Counted from the stretch's first letter, positions 17,269 through 26,507 are shown. The stretch: 64,000 nucleotides of DNA from Pseudomonadota bacterium (GCA_043744215.1 JAYTVC010000049.1:1051-65050), one strand, 5' to 3'. Made by a program: numbers and translations. Notes: generated from the letters alone by a model not told the origin.

Positions 17269-18779
17269 CGATTGCGGGTGCGCTGGCAGCGCCACTGCTG
17301 CGTATCTACTGCACGCCTCGCGCCAGGGCTTTTACTCGCGCACTCGATGATGTCACGAGTGCACAGCGATGCACACTAGCCCGTATCATTAAAGCCAGTG
17401 CTGCCACCGACTACGGACGCTCTTTACATTTGCGACGCGACGCGGGCATTGCAGAGTTTCGCGACCGGGTACCCTTGGTAGATTATTCCGTTCTCGAACC
17501 TTGGATACAAAAACAGCGCGCTGAACGACGACCGATAATTACACCTGGCCGCATCCGTTGCTACGAGCCCACATCCGGCAGTTCGAGTGCGGCCAAATGG
17601 ATTCCCTACAATGATGCCTTGCTCGGTTCCTTTCGCAGTATGTTTGCAATTTGGGCTGGCGATTTACTCGCGCATACATTGCACCCGCGTTCCGGCCGAA
17701 CTTTTATCAGCGTCTCTTCGACGGCTAACGGAAAAAGTGAAGGCTTCGATGATGACCGCGAATATCTTGGTGGCCTGTTGCGCAATTTGGTAGGGCGCTT
17801 TTTGGTGTTGCCACCCAAGGCGATGACGACGCAAAGCCCCGAACAGTTTCGTGACGGGTTGGTGCTGGCGTTGATGAACAGCGCCGATCTGGAAATTCTT
17901 TCCATTTGGAATCCGAGTTATCTGCTGGTTCTGCTCGAACATTTTCAGCGCCACCGCGAACGTTTGTTGCCCGCTTTCGCGCCGGCAAGAAGAGCGGTGT
18001 TGACGCGCACCAATGTGCAGTGGCATGAGGTATGGCCAGAGTTGCAATTGATTTCATGCTGGGCAGATGCGGCGGCGGCCAGCCCGGCGCTACAACTCAA
18101 AAGCCTGTTTCCGCAGGCCGTCATTCAAGGCAAAGGCCTGCTCGCGACGGAAGCGCCGGTCACTATTCCGCTTATTGGTAGCGGAGGTTGCGTGCCCTTA
18201 GTGGATGAAATATTTATCGAATTAGAAGACCGGTCGGGACGTTTGCATTTGCTACAGGAAGCAATTACCGGCACCGAATATGCCGTCGTTATCACGCAAG
18301 CGGGCGGATTTTTGCGTTATCGTTTGGGAGATCGGGTGAAAGTGACAGGTTGGCATCGCAATGCGCCTTTACTGCAATTTATCGGGCGCGCCGATGCCGT
18401 ATCCGATCTGGTTGGCGAAAAACTGGGAGAGGAATTTGTGGCGCAGGCGTTACGCGATCTGGCGCCCGCTGCATTTTGTACCCTGTTGCCTGTGCAAGCG
18501 AAGATGGGGGCATCCTATTACTGTTTGCTCACGGACGACCCGCGGCCGTCACTGCATCATTCTTTGGAAGCGGCCTTGATGAAAAGCTATCGCTATCGAG
18601 AGGCGCGTTGGCTAGGCCAACTGGAAGCCGTGCGAATAATTTCGCAACCGCAGATGCGCAGCGCTTTACACGATGCCTTGATTGTAAGCGGGATGAAGGC
18701 AGGAGACATCAAGGATAGGGCATTGATGACTTCCCTGACGCAAGCGCAAAAAATTTATACGCAGTGCGTGGAGAATTAA
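17265..18779 (+). CDS. GH3-family protein (putative ATP-dependent acyl-acid amido synthetase)
   Basis: YEPTSGSSSAAKWIPYN resembles the GH3/ANL adenylation P-loop-like motif. The size (504 aa) and overall layout fit bacterial proteins annotated as the GH3 auxin-responsive promoter family. Confidence 0.65.
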   Translation: MTIAGALAAPLLRIYCTPRARAFTRALDDVTSAQRCTLARIIKASAATDYGRSLHLRRDAGIAEFRDRVPLVDYSVLEPWIQKQRAERRPIITPGRIRCYEPTSGSSSAAKWIPYNDALLGSFRSMFAIWAGDLLAHTLHPRSGRTFISVSSTANGKSEGFDDDREYLGGLLRNLVGRFLVLPPKAMTTQSPEQFRDGLVLALMNSADLEILSIWNPSYLLVLLEHFQRHRERLLPAFAPARRAVLTRTNVQWHEVWPELQLISCWADAAAASPALQLKSLFPQAVIQGKGLLATEAPVTIPLIGSGGCVPLVDEIFIELEDRSGRLHLLQEAITGTEYAVVITQAGGFLRYRLGDRVKVTGWHRNAPLLQFIGRADAVSDLVGEKLGEEFVAQALRDLAPAAFCTLLPVQAKMGASYYCLLTDDPRPSLHHSLEAALMKSYRYREARWLGQLEAVRIISQPQMRSALHDALIVSGMKAGDIKDRALMTSLTQAQKIYTQCVEN

Positions 18780-19672
18780 CGCATGCTTGTGTAAAGTTGC
18801 GCGCATTCGTTCGCGTTGCAAGGTGTGAACAAACCTTTTTCCTGCAAGTTATCGATCAGCCATTCCATGCCGGGCTGGGTCATCAGTTGTCGCAGCCGGT
18901 CGAGCTTGGCTTGAGTTTGTGATTCACTTTCCAAAGCAATAAACAAACCGGCAATATCCGCCTGATTGCTTGCGCCGATAGCGCGATCGAGCGAGGCGAT
19001 GACCGATTGCGGGCCGCAGCGGACCATTTGTAAAAAAGCCTGGCTGCCGTCGACGAGAAAGCGTTTGTCCGTTTCGCTTAAACGATCCGCGCGAAATGCG
19101 GCCAGCCCTGCGGCATGATGCAACGCTTCGTCCTGCGCCATGCGCTTGAATGCGGAAGCCAGCGCCTTGTCGCGGCATTCTTTTGCTAATCCGCCGTAAT
19201 GGACAATGCCAAATCCTTCCAGCACTACTTGCAGCAGAAATGCGAGAGGCTGCGGGTTGCCATGCGCAACCAGGTCGGCAATGAACCGACTGAATGGGTC
19301 GGCCCCGCGAGCGTGCGCATCAATCCATGGTTCCAGCCATGCCGAGTGGGTGGCTTCGTCTGCGCCGATGAGGGCAAATACCCGTTGCTCATCGAGGCTT
19401 TCGGCCAGCAGGGTCATCTTGGCGCAAAAAACAATGCCGCTGCGCTCAATGCACCAGGATTCCGACAGCAAGCCTTCAGCGGCACCGGCCAGCGTGGCAG
19501 TTTGTTTTGCCCCATCGGCATCGCGAAAACGCGCTACCTGATTAAGCTTAAAAAAATCTGCGTCCCACAAAACGCTGTGCATTTCATGATTGCCGTCGGG
19601 ACGACGACTACGCAGCAGACGCTCTGCCATGCGGCGCAGCGCGTCTTCACGTTCATCGATGGCGCGGTTCAT
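18776..19672 (-). CDS. Ferritin-like diiron-carboxylate protein (putative oxygenase)
   Basis: It has two ExxH motifs (DEATH, DEALH) in helical context, plus further Glu ligand candidates. There is a 4-nt overlap with the upstream SDR gene. Confidence 0.6.
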   Translation of the reverse strand: MNRAIDEREDALRRMAERLLRSRRPDGNHEMHSVLWDADFFKLNQVARFRDADGAKQTATLAGAAEGLLSESWCIERSGIVFCAKMTLLAESLDEQRVFALIGADEATHSAWLEPWIDAHARGADPFSRFIADLVAHGNPQPLAFLLQVVLEGFGIVHYGGLAKECRDKALASAFKRMAQDEALHHAAGLAAFRADRLSETDKRFLVDGSQAFLQMVRCGPQSVIASLDRAIGASNQADIAGLFIALESESQTQAKLDRLRQLMTQPGMEWLIDNLQEKGLFTPCNANECAQLYTSMR

Positions 19673-20496
19673 GGGTGATTGGCTTTGGTCATCAGGCGGC
19701 GAAAGGTGGCGCCGATCATATTTTGGGCGAGGCTCTCGGGCAGCCAGCGCCTGAGCCGATGCATCATGCGCGAATCTGAACCCACACGGGTGCGCAGCGG
19801 CATGGTTTTTCTCTCGGCCAGTTTCACAATAGCAGCGACTACAAGCGCCGGATCGCGTCCGGGCCGCGCTAGCATGCGTGCCTGCATGGCGCGATATTGG
19901 GCGAGTTGTTTTGTTTCCATGCTGTCAGTAGGCAGCGCGCGTGAGCCCCAAAGGATATTACCGGCAAAGCGGGTGCGAAATCCGCCGGGTTCCACCAGCG
20001 CCACTTGGATGCCATGGGGTGCCAGTTCATGCCGCAATGCTTCGGATAATCCTTCGATAGCATGTTTGGATGCGCAGTAAAACGAATTCATGGGTATGCC
20101 GGTTTCGCCTGCGAGTGAAGACAGATTGATGATGCGCCCTTTGGCTTGCCGCAAGGCCGGTAATAATTCCTGCGCCAGCAGAGCCGGGCCCAACACATTG
20201 ACTTGCATCTGCTGACGCATTTGCCCAGCGGTATAGCTGGCAAACGGGCCGTTCAGTGCATAGCCAGCGTTGTTGATCAGGCAATCAAGATGCTTGAAGT
20301 TGGCAGCGGTGGCAGTGACTTGATGTTCATTTTCCAGATCAAGCGGAATAACCGTGATGTCAGCCAATTCTGGCGGTGCGTTAACGGGATCGCGCAATGC
20401 CGCGAAGACTTTCCACCCGCGCGCATGAAACGCCAACGCTAGGCCCAGCCCGAAACCGGAAGAGCAGCCGGTGATCAGCACGCTGCGCTCAGACAA
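19669..20496 (-). CDS. Short-chain dehydrogenase/reductase (classical SDR)
   Basis: It has TGCSSGFG (TGxxxGxG), NNAG and YCASK (YxxxK). Confidence 0.85.
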   Translation of the reverse strand: MSERSVLITGCSSGFGLGLALAFHARGWKVFAALRDPVNAPPELADITVIPLDLENEHQVTATAANFKHLDCLINNAGYALNGPFASYTAGQMRQQMQVNVLGPALLAQELLPALRQAKGRIINLSSLAGETGIPMNSFYCASKHAIEGLSEALRHELAPHGIQVALVEPGGFRTRFAGNILWGSRALPTDSMETKQLAQYRAMQARMLARPGRDPALVVAAIVKLAERKTMPLRTRVGSDSRMMHRLRRWLPESLAQNMIGATFRRLMTKANHP

Positions 20497-21550
20497 GTTT
20501 TCCTCCTGGCTCGCTGCGGGCGATATGTAATTTTATCGGCTGTGATTGTGCTGGATCATCGTTCCATTGAGCGAGGGGCTGGTCTTCAAGATGGCGGATA
20601 AAGGCCAAAATTGTCCGGTCTGCAGCGATAGGGTTACGCAAATTGAAGCGGATGGTTTGAAAGACGCGCGTATCGCCGTAGGCGAAGTAACGGGCCGCGA
20701 TGGCGGTGCCATAAAGCAGCGCCTTGTTAATCAGCCAGCCAAACAACCCTTTGCGCTGTTTGGTAAACGCGATGGTCTGGCCTTCAGTTTGGCCGTCATC
20801 GCCGCGCCGCAGGGCGAACATCAAATGCAGATGCAGAAAATCCGGACCGAAGGTTACGAAGCCCAAACTGCCATACCAATAGCTCATGGAATAGGTGAGC
20901 GGACCTTTATAAAACCGCGCAATCAGCCGCCACAACCTATTGCTATCGGGTACGTGCCCGGTATTGTGAAATTGAATATTGGCAGTGCTACGTACCGTCG
21001 GTTCCAGATTGAGGATAGAGCCGGGCAAATGATGCACGCTACGGAAATGTTGTTCGTCGATGGCATTGATCAGCACGACGTTTGGATGACAGCGTTTTTC
21101 AAATCGATTGGCCAACAAGCTGGCACAAGCCTGGCCCGCCAGCTCCGGCACTTCGGGAATATCGTGGGCAGGTTGTTCGCCAGTCCATAGCCATACCATG
21201 CCGTAACGTTCGGCGGTCGGCCAGCGTCGTGTACGCAGACGTGCCGCCGGTTCAGTGTCAAGACAGGGGATATCGCTGCAACGTCCGTCGGCCTCGAAAC
21301 GCCAATGATGAAAAAAACAGCGCAGCGCATTGCCTTCGACACGGCCTTCCGCAAGATGTGCGCCCATGTGAATGCAATGGGCATCGAGTGCCACCACGCG
21401 TTGATCGTCGCCGCGATAAACTGCGAGGTCTTTGCCGAGTAATTTTAGTGCCCGTACTGTGCCGCGCGGTATGTGCGAAGAGGGACAAAGCCAGTACCAG
21501 CCTTCAACTGTAACTATTTGATTATTAACAGTATTTTTTCGTTCTGTCAT
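20489..21550 (-). CDS. Rieske [2Fe-2S] non-haem-iron oxygenase
   Basis: The Rieske motif is CIHMGAHL...CFFHHWRF. I take the start at ATG 21550 (MTERKN), which forms an ATGA overlap with the upstream gene. The ORF track extends to 21634. Confidence 0.85.
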   Translation of the reverse strand: MTERKNTVNNQIVTVEGWYWLCPSSHIPRGTVRALKLLGKDLAVYRGDDQRVVALDAHCIHMGAHLAEGRVEGNALRCFFHHWRFEADGRCSDIPCLDTEPAARLRTRRWPTAERYGMVWLWTGEQPAHDIPEVPELAGQACASLLANRFEKRCHPNVVLINAIDEQHFRSVHHLPGSILNLEPTVRSTANIQFHNTGHVPDSNRLWRLIARFYKGPLTYSMSYWYGSLGFVTFGPDFLHLHLMFALRRGDDGQTEGQTIAFTKQRKGLFGWLINKALLYGTAIAARYFAYGDTRVFQTIRFNLRNPIAADRTILAFIRHLEDQPLAQWNDDPAQSQPIKLHIARSEPGGKLV

Positions 21551-22293
21551 AGTGTGGGTGACGCCAATACGCCACTTAAAAAAGCCCGACGTGCGATGGG
21601 TTGCAAGTTGTCGGCGGAGAGTTCGCACAAGCATACCAATTCGTCACCGTGGACATAACCGGGGTTGCGCGCCAGAAAAAATTCGACAGCAGGCAAGCGA
21701 AGATGCGCGTCGGGAATCTGCGCAAAAGTGTCGCGCAGATGGCCTTGCGATTGCGGAAAGCGCAGCACGCCAGCCGCAGTGTCGTAGGCTGCACCGAAAC
21801 GATCACGCGCGAGAAATTCCATCAGTTCTGCCATGGGTTGTGGTGTTATCTGATCGGGCGCAGGAAAATATTCGCGGCTGAATGCAGACAAGTAACGGTA
21901 AGTGCGATGGCCTTTGGAAATCAATAGCCAGTAAAGCGCTTGATCGGGATGTTCCGCTTTGAGGTCGCCGGCGAGGCGCAACCAGGCAAATGCCAAAGCC
22001 TGTTGCCCCCAATGATTTTCATCCACGACGGTGTCGCCAGAAAACAGCACCCGTACGCGTCGACCCGCAAACGTGCGCGCATACACGGCAAGAGTAGAAA
22101 AACCCTGCAACCCGCCCGCCTCATCGCGTAACAGCAGGACAAAATCTTTCTCAGCCAGATCCGCCGCAAAACGGGCGAACTGTGTGTCGGCATAGTAATG
22201 CTCAAACAATGCAAACATTTCGCGCTGGGCCGACTCGTCGAGCGAGTTGACGCGCTGTATTTGTGGTGTGTTTAGTTTACTTCGGGTATTCAT
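21547..22293 (-). CDS. Hypothetical protein, possibly GNAT-fold acyltransferase-like
   Basis: The protein is 248 aa. The central beta-strand/helix pattern (FVLLLRDEAGGLQGFSTLAVY...VLFSGDTVVDENHWGQQAL) is reminiscent of GNAT-like N-acyltransferases, but I see no firm motif. It is translationally coupled on both sides. Confidence 0.35.
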   Translation of the reverse strand: MNTRSKLNTPQIQRVNSLDESAQREMFALFEHYYADTQFARFAADLAEKDFVLLLRDEAGGLQGFSTLAVYARTFAGRRVRVLFSGDTVVDENHWGQQALAFAWLRLAGDLKAEHPDQALYWLLISKGHRTYRYLSAFSREYFPAPDQITPQPMAELMEFLARDRFGAAYDTAAGVLRFPQSQGHLRDTFAQIPDAHLRLPAVEFFLARNPGYVHGDELVCLCELSADNLQPIARRAFLSGVLASPTL

Positions 22294-22882
22294 GACGAAT
22301 AAATTTCCGGGTAACTATCCAGGCTAAAGGGGCAAGGGCCATTCCACCTGCTATATCCCAAACGATATGTTGCTTGGTGGTCAAGGTTGAAACAACAATC
22401 AGGCCGGGCCATAGCACCGCCAATAAACGGTCTTTACGATACCATAATGCCATAGCTGCAATTATTGCCAATGCAACGTGCAGCGAAGGAAAACAATTGC
22501 GCGGAATATCGGCGAGATAGAGCATCGACCAGGCGAGACCGGTTAACCCTGCCGGCGATGGAACAGGTCGATCGAGTTGGGTCGGCCACAAAATGAAAAT
22601 GCCCGCAGCGAAGACCGTGGCAAGCAGCATCGAATAAAAAGTCTGGCTGCGATTTCTATCGTTGCGCGCGCGCAAAATGGCAGTGGGCAGCAACAGAAAT
22701 TGACTGAGGTAAATCCACACCGACCCATCGAGCAGGGGAATGCCTCGCTCGAAAGCGCTCATTTGTAGCTGGTGCGTTTCACCCACTGCTATAGCTGCGC
22801 TGCCCAGATAGATTGCGCCAAAAGCCAGGTAGCCAAGCAACAAAGCGCGTCCCTGGTTTGACGGGTTGATAAGCGGAAGCAT
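22277..22882 (-). CDS. PAP2-superfamily integral membrane protein
   Basis: The protein is polytopic. PSLHVA and HIVWD match the C2 (SxH) and C3 (HxxxD) motifs of PAP2 / PAP2_C-type lipid phosphotransferases. Confidence 0.6.
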   Translation of the reverse strand: MLPLINPSNQGRALLLGYLAFGAIYLGSAAIAVGETHQLQMSAFERGIPLLDGSVWIYLSQFLLLPTAILRARNDRNRSQTFYSMLLATVFAAGIFILWPTQLDRPVPSPAGLTGLAWSMLYLADIPRNCFPSLHVALAIIAAMALWYRKDRLLAVLWPGLIVVSTLTTKQHIVWDIAGGMALAPLAWIVTRKFIRHEYPK

Positions 22883-22884
22883 AA

Positions 22885-25002
22885 TTATGCCGAGGTTGCT
22901 TGAAACTCGTTAAAGCGCGCGCGGACACGTTCGACCTCCGGCCAATATTTTCTGCGCAGCACCGAAAAAAACATCTGGTTCAGGCTACGTGAAGCGCGCC
23001 ACGAAAAAAGCAGGTCTCGTATATCCACATGGGAACGCTCGTACAACAAATGACCCAACAGCCCCGTGATCTGTGACAAAGGAATGAGCAAAAATAACCA
23101 CAGGTTGAAAGTGAGGGCGAAACCAATCCATGCCGTGTACATCATGCAAACGGCCATGCAATGGATCAGCACATTGCCGGGCTGCTGATGTTTGAATACA
23201 AACACATCCCAATAATTGGTGAACGGATGATCCAGCATAACATCGTCAATGCGATTGCGGTAGCGCGCGAGCACTGCCGACCGACCGCGAGCTTTTACCA
23301 TCGGTGCGAGCAGTGTGCCGCAAGGCTGCGTCCCCAATACGGGCAACGGCGATCCGTTCTGCACCACTTCCCGGCCGCCGATAAAAACACTGCGGACAAT
23401 TTCCTCCGATCCGCGTTTGACCATACGTCTGGCACCATCGAGAACCGGGTCTTCGATTTCTACAGGAGCAGGGTTCGGCTGCCGCAATGAATCCGGTTGC
23501 AGCAGGATGAGATCGGCACGTTTGCCTGCGCGTAATTCACCGCAGTCAAGATTAAACCAGCGTGCAGCCTCCCCCGTTACCCGCGCGATAGCCCGTTGCG
23601 GCGACATAAAGCCTGTTGTGACAGCCTGCCGCAGCAGTGTCAGCGCGCCGTCGAAAAAAGCAATATTGCGCGCGTGCGCCCCGGCATCGGTGAAGCCCGG
23701 CAAAATGTGGGGATGCTGCATCAAACGCTGGCGGACTGACGCACGTTCGTTGGCGCTGCCGGCCACCCAGCGAAGTTGGTTGTCATGGGTTTCCAATAAT
23801 TCCATCAGCATGGCGGTGGGATGACGGTTATTTTTATGCGCCACCTCCGCCACCGTTTGGCCAATATGCGCAAAGTCCGGCGAAGCAACGATTCGCATAC
23901 GTTGCGTATCGCGATGAAACGTCCGTAGTTCCCGCCGCTCCCAATCTTGCTTGAAACGATCCTTAAAGCCGGGCGCGGCCCAGAGCAAACGTCGGCCATG
24001 GCTGTCAATGCAACTATTCAATTCCGCCCCGGCAGAAAATTCTTCAAACAGGGGTGTCAGCGGCCCGTCGGCATAAATGGTGAACGGCTCGGTCAAGGTT
24101 TGAAAACGCAGATTGCAACCGAGCAAACGATTCATCACAAAAGTGACCATCGGAAATATTCGCCATAGCCAGGGCAAATCGGTCATGTCGAGGGCTGAGA
24201 GCACCGTGAGTCGCAGTGGCGGCCGGAAAATACCGATAGCCATCGAGCCAATAAGCAGAAATGAAAAAATATTCTGCGGGTTCGGGGTGGTTTGGAAAAC
24301 GGCATCATGATCGCGGCATACATCTGCCAGCATGCGGTATTCTCGCGCATCGGCGTAGTGGGATGGTACTGAACGCCCAGCGAAGACGCCGCTCACTTTG
24401 TGCCAGTGGACCATATCTACCGATATGCCAATGCAGCCGGCTTCCAGCGCCGCCACAGCGAGTTCGCGCATGCGCGCCAGATCGTTGTCGTTGGCGCGGT
24501 CATGTAGACTGCGTTGTAGCCCCATCACCGCTGCACGTAAAGCGCTATGGCCCACCAGCGGCGCAACGTTTGGCCCAAGCGATAAGCTGCGCAGGTGATC
24601 CAGATATTGTTGCGGCGAATCCCAGGAAACCGATTGCGACAGCCATTTGCGCACTAACACGCCCGGCAGGTTCTCCACGCGCAAAAAAATATCGGCCAGG
24701 TCAGCCGGCTTGCCCGCAGTGAGTGACAAGCTGCAATTGCCCATGACGATGGAAGTTACGCCGTGCCGCACCGATTCCGCCAGACCCGGCGATATTTCAA
24801 CTTCAACATCATAGTGAGTGTGAATATCGACAAAGCCCGGCGCAACCCATAGGCCGCTGACATCGCGAACTTCCCGCGCGGGCTGGTTGATGCAAGGGGC
24901 GAGTTCTGCGATACGGCCCGCTGCAATGCCGACGTCCTGTTGGATAGGCGGCGCGCCGGTTCCGTCGAAGACCAGCCCGCCTTTGAGCAGCAGATCAAGC
25001 AC
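22885..25002 (-). CDS. Amidohydrolase (N-acyl-D-amino-acid deacylase-like) fused to C-terminal Mpo1-like/DUF962 membrane domain
   Basis: The N-terminus (LLKGGLVFDGTG...GRIAEL...VAPGFVDIHTHYD) is typical of the metallo-amidohydrolase D-aminoacylase family. The last 130 aa or so (HQQPGNVLIHCMAV..., LLGHLLYERS) match the HxxxxNxxxH and GHxxxE patterns of DUF962/Mpo1-like proteins and contain TM helices. Confidence 0.7.
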   Translation of the reverse strand: MLDLLLKGGLVFDGTGAPPIQQDVGIAAGRIAELAPCINQPAREVRDVSGLWVAPGFVDIHTHYDVEVEISPGLAESVRHGVTSIVMGNCSLSLTAGKPADLADIFLRVENLPGVLVRKWLSQSVSWDSPQQYLDHLRSLSLGPNVAPLVGHSALRAAVMGLQRSLHDRANDNDLARMRELAVAALEAGCIGISVDMVHWHKVSGVFAGRSVPSHYADAREYRMLADVCRDHDAVFQTTPNPQNIFSFLLIGSMAIGIFRPPLRLTVLSALDMTDLPWLWRIFPMVTFVMNRLLGCNLRFQTLTEPFTIYADGPLTPLFEEFSAGAELNSCIDSHGRRLLWAAPGFKDRFKQDWERRELRTFHRDTQRMRIVASPDFAHIGQTVAEVAHKNNRHPTAMLMELLETHDNQLRWVAGSANERASVRQRLMQHPHILPGFTDAGAHARNIAFFDGALTLLRQAVTTGFMSPQRAIARVTGEAARWFNLDCGELRAGKRADLILLQPDSLRQPNPAPVEIEDPVLDGARRMVKRGSEEIVRSVFIGGREVVQNGSPLPVLGTQPCGTLLAPMVKARGRSAVLARYRNRIDDVMLDHPFTNYWDVFVFKHQQPGNVLIHCMAVCMMYTAWIGFALTFNLWLFLLIPLSQITGLLGHLLYERSHVDIRDLLFSWRASRSLNQMFFSVLRRKYWPEVERVRARFNEFQATSA

Positions 25003-25042
25003 AGTGTAGTTGTGATGAGACTTGCCGGTTTTTCAAAATAGC

Positions 25043-25657
25043 TTAGGCAACGGGTCGGCGGCGGAGCAGGGTCATAGATGCAAGCCCGATAAGCAGGCCA
25101 AGAATACCACTGCCAGCGGCGATTTTGCCCGCGTATGATTTGGCTGCTGCCAAGGCCGGGTTATCCATCAGATTGGCGGAAAAATGGATGTTGACGAGTT
25201 TCCAGGTGCCGTTGTCTTTTTGCGCGACGGCACTCCACCTTGTGGGCATGGTGCGCACCTCGCCGTCCTTAAAATGGAAAGTATCCTGGGAAGTGCCATA
25301 AGTAATGCCTGTGTTGTCACCGACAAATTGCGTCAGCTCATCGGCTACCGGCTTGGTTTCTATTTTATTGACCAGTGCACCCGGCCCTTCGAATAAGCCG
25401 AGATAATACTTTTTGAACGCGTCGGCTCCCACGAGTTTTTGATTATCTACCGTGACGACGGTGAAATTCGGATGCAAGCTGGGCATAATGCTGTCGAAGT
25501 TGCGCGTATTCAGGGCTTCAGCACCTTTGACCAACAACGCCCGCAGCGCGGCATGATCGTCCGTCCGGTCGGCCGTTTGTCCAGATGCACTGAGAGAAAA
25601 AATCAGCGAAAAAAACAGGGTAACGAAGGCAAAAAAAAGTTTTGGGCTATTCTTCAT
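25043..25657 (-). CDS. Exported SnoaL/DUF4440-like (NTF2-fold) protein with C-terminal TM anchor
   Basis: It has a signal peptide, an NTF2-like core (LNTRNFDSIMPSLHPNFTVV...WKLVNIHFS) and a C-terminal hydrophobic helix followed by RRRP. Confidence 0.6.
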   Translation of the reverse strand: MKNSPKLFFAFVTLFFSLIFSLSASGQTADRTDDHAALRALLVKGAEALNTRNFDSIMPSLHPNFTVVTVDNQKLVGADAFKKYYLGLFEGPGALVNKIETKPVADELTQFVGDNTGITYGTSQDTFHFKDGEVRTMPTRWSAVAQKDNGTWKLVNIHFSANLMDNPALAAAKSYAGKIAAGSGILGLLIGLASMTLLRRRPVA

Positions 25658-25711
25658 AATGTTGACCTCAAATAACGCTACGTGGATGAATATAGTACGC
25701 TATCAAAATAA

Positions 25712-25737
25712 TATGCCACATCGCATACTATGCCACA
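25712..25737. promoter_or_regulatory. Direct repeat TATGCCACA x2 (17-bp period) in a divergent promoter region
   Basis: tatgccaca-tcgcatac-tatgccaca lies in the 118-bp gap between divergently transcribed operons. Confidence 0.3.
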
Positions 25738-25775
25738 AGATATCGGCACAGGGCTGATGAACAAAGGAATTTCCC

Positions 25776-26507
25776 ATGACCATAGTCTGGTTGCTGCCGC
25801 TGGTGACATTTGCCGCCCTCGCGGTGCTTGAGCGCAGATTGCCATCTGCCCATGCCACATCGCCTTCAGCCCGCGCGGACTACCTTCTCAATCTCGCCGG
25901 GCTTACCGTGCAGGGCATAGGTGTACCGCTCGCAGGTTATTTTATTGCTACGGGTTTGTTGGCCGTTTACTGGCCAAACGCGGCGGGTGTTTTACACATC
26001 GGATGGCTGGGTGCCTTCGCGTTGAATTTTATAATGATTGATTTTCTTTATTACTGGCAGCACCGGCTGTTTCACCGGCTACCAGCGCTGTGGGCGTTGC
26101 ATGAGTGCCATCATGCTTCGCCGTTTGTAAATGTGTGGGCCACGTCGCGCAATTCTCTGGCGGTGAATTTTATTTTTGTGTACATGCTGTTTAATCCGCT
26201 GTTCGGCTTTTTGTGCGACCGTCCCGATGGTTTTTTTGCAGCGGCCGCCCTTACGGCAAGCCTCGACATTTGGCGCCATTCGCGTTTACCGGAGCAATGG
26301 ACATCAAATTGGCTGACGCGCATCCTGGTGACGCCCGCACGCCACCACGACCACCATAGCCCGGACGGCCAGGCGACAAATTTCGGTGCAAATTTTATTT
26401 TATGGGATAAATTATTCGGCACCGCCCGTGAATGCAGCGGCTATCCCAAGGCTTACGGAGCAGGCACCGCCCGCAGCCCGTGGCGACAATTTCTTTTCCC
26501 ATGGTAA
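25776..26507 (+). CDS. Fatty-acid hydroxylase / sterol desaturase superfamily membrane diiron enzyme
   Basis: It has three His boxes, HRLFH, HECHH and HHDHH, in a polytopic membrane protein. Confidence 0.8.
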   Translation: MTIVWLLPLVTFAALAVLERRLPSAHATSPSARADYLLNLAGLTVQGIGVPLAGYFIATGLLAVYWPNAAGVLHIGWLGAFALNFIMIDFLYYWQHRLFHRLPALWALHECHHASPFVNVWATSRNSLAVNFIFVYMLFNPLFGFLCDRPDGFFAAAALTASLDIWRHSRLPEQWTSNWLTRILVTPARHHDHHSPDGQATNFGANFILWDKLFGTARECSGYPKAYGAGTARSPWRQFLFPW

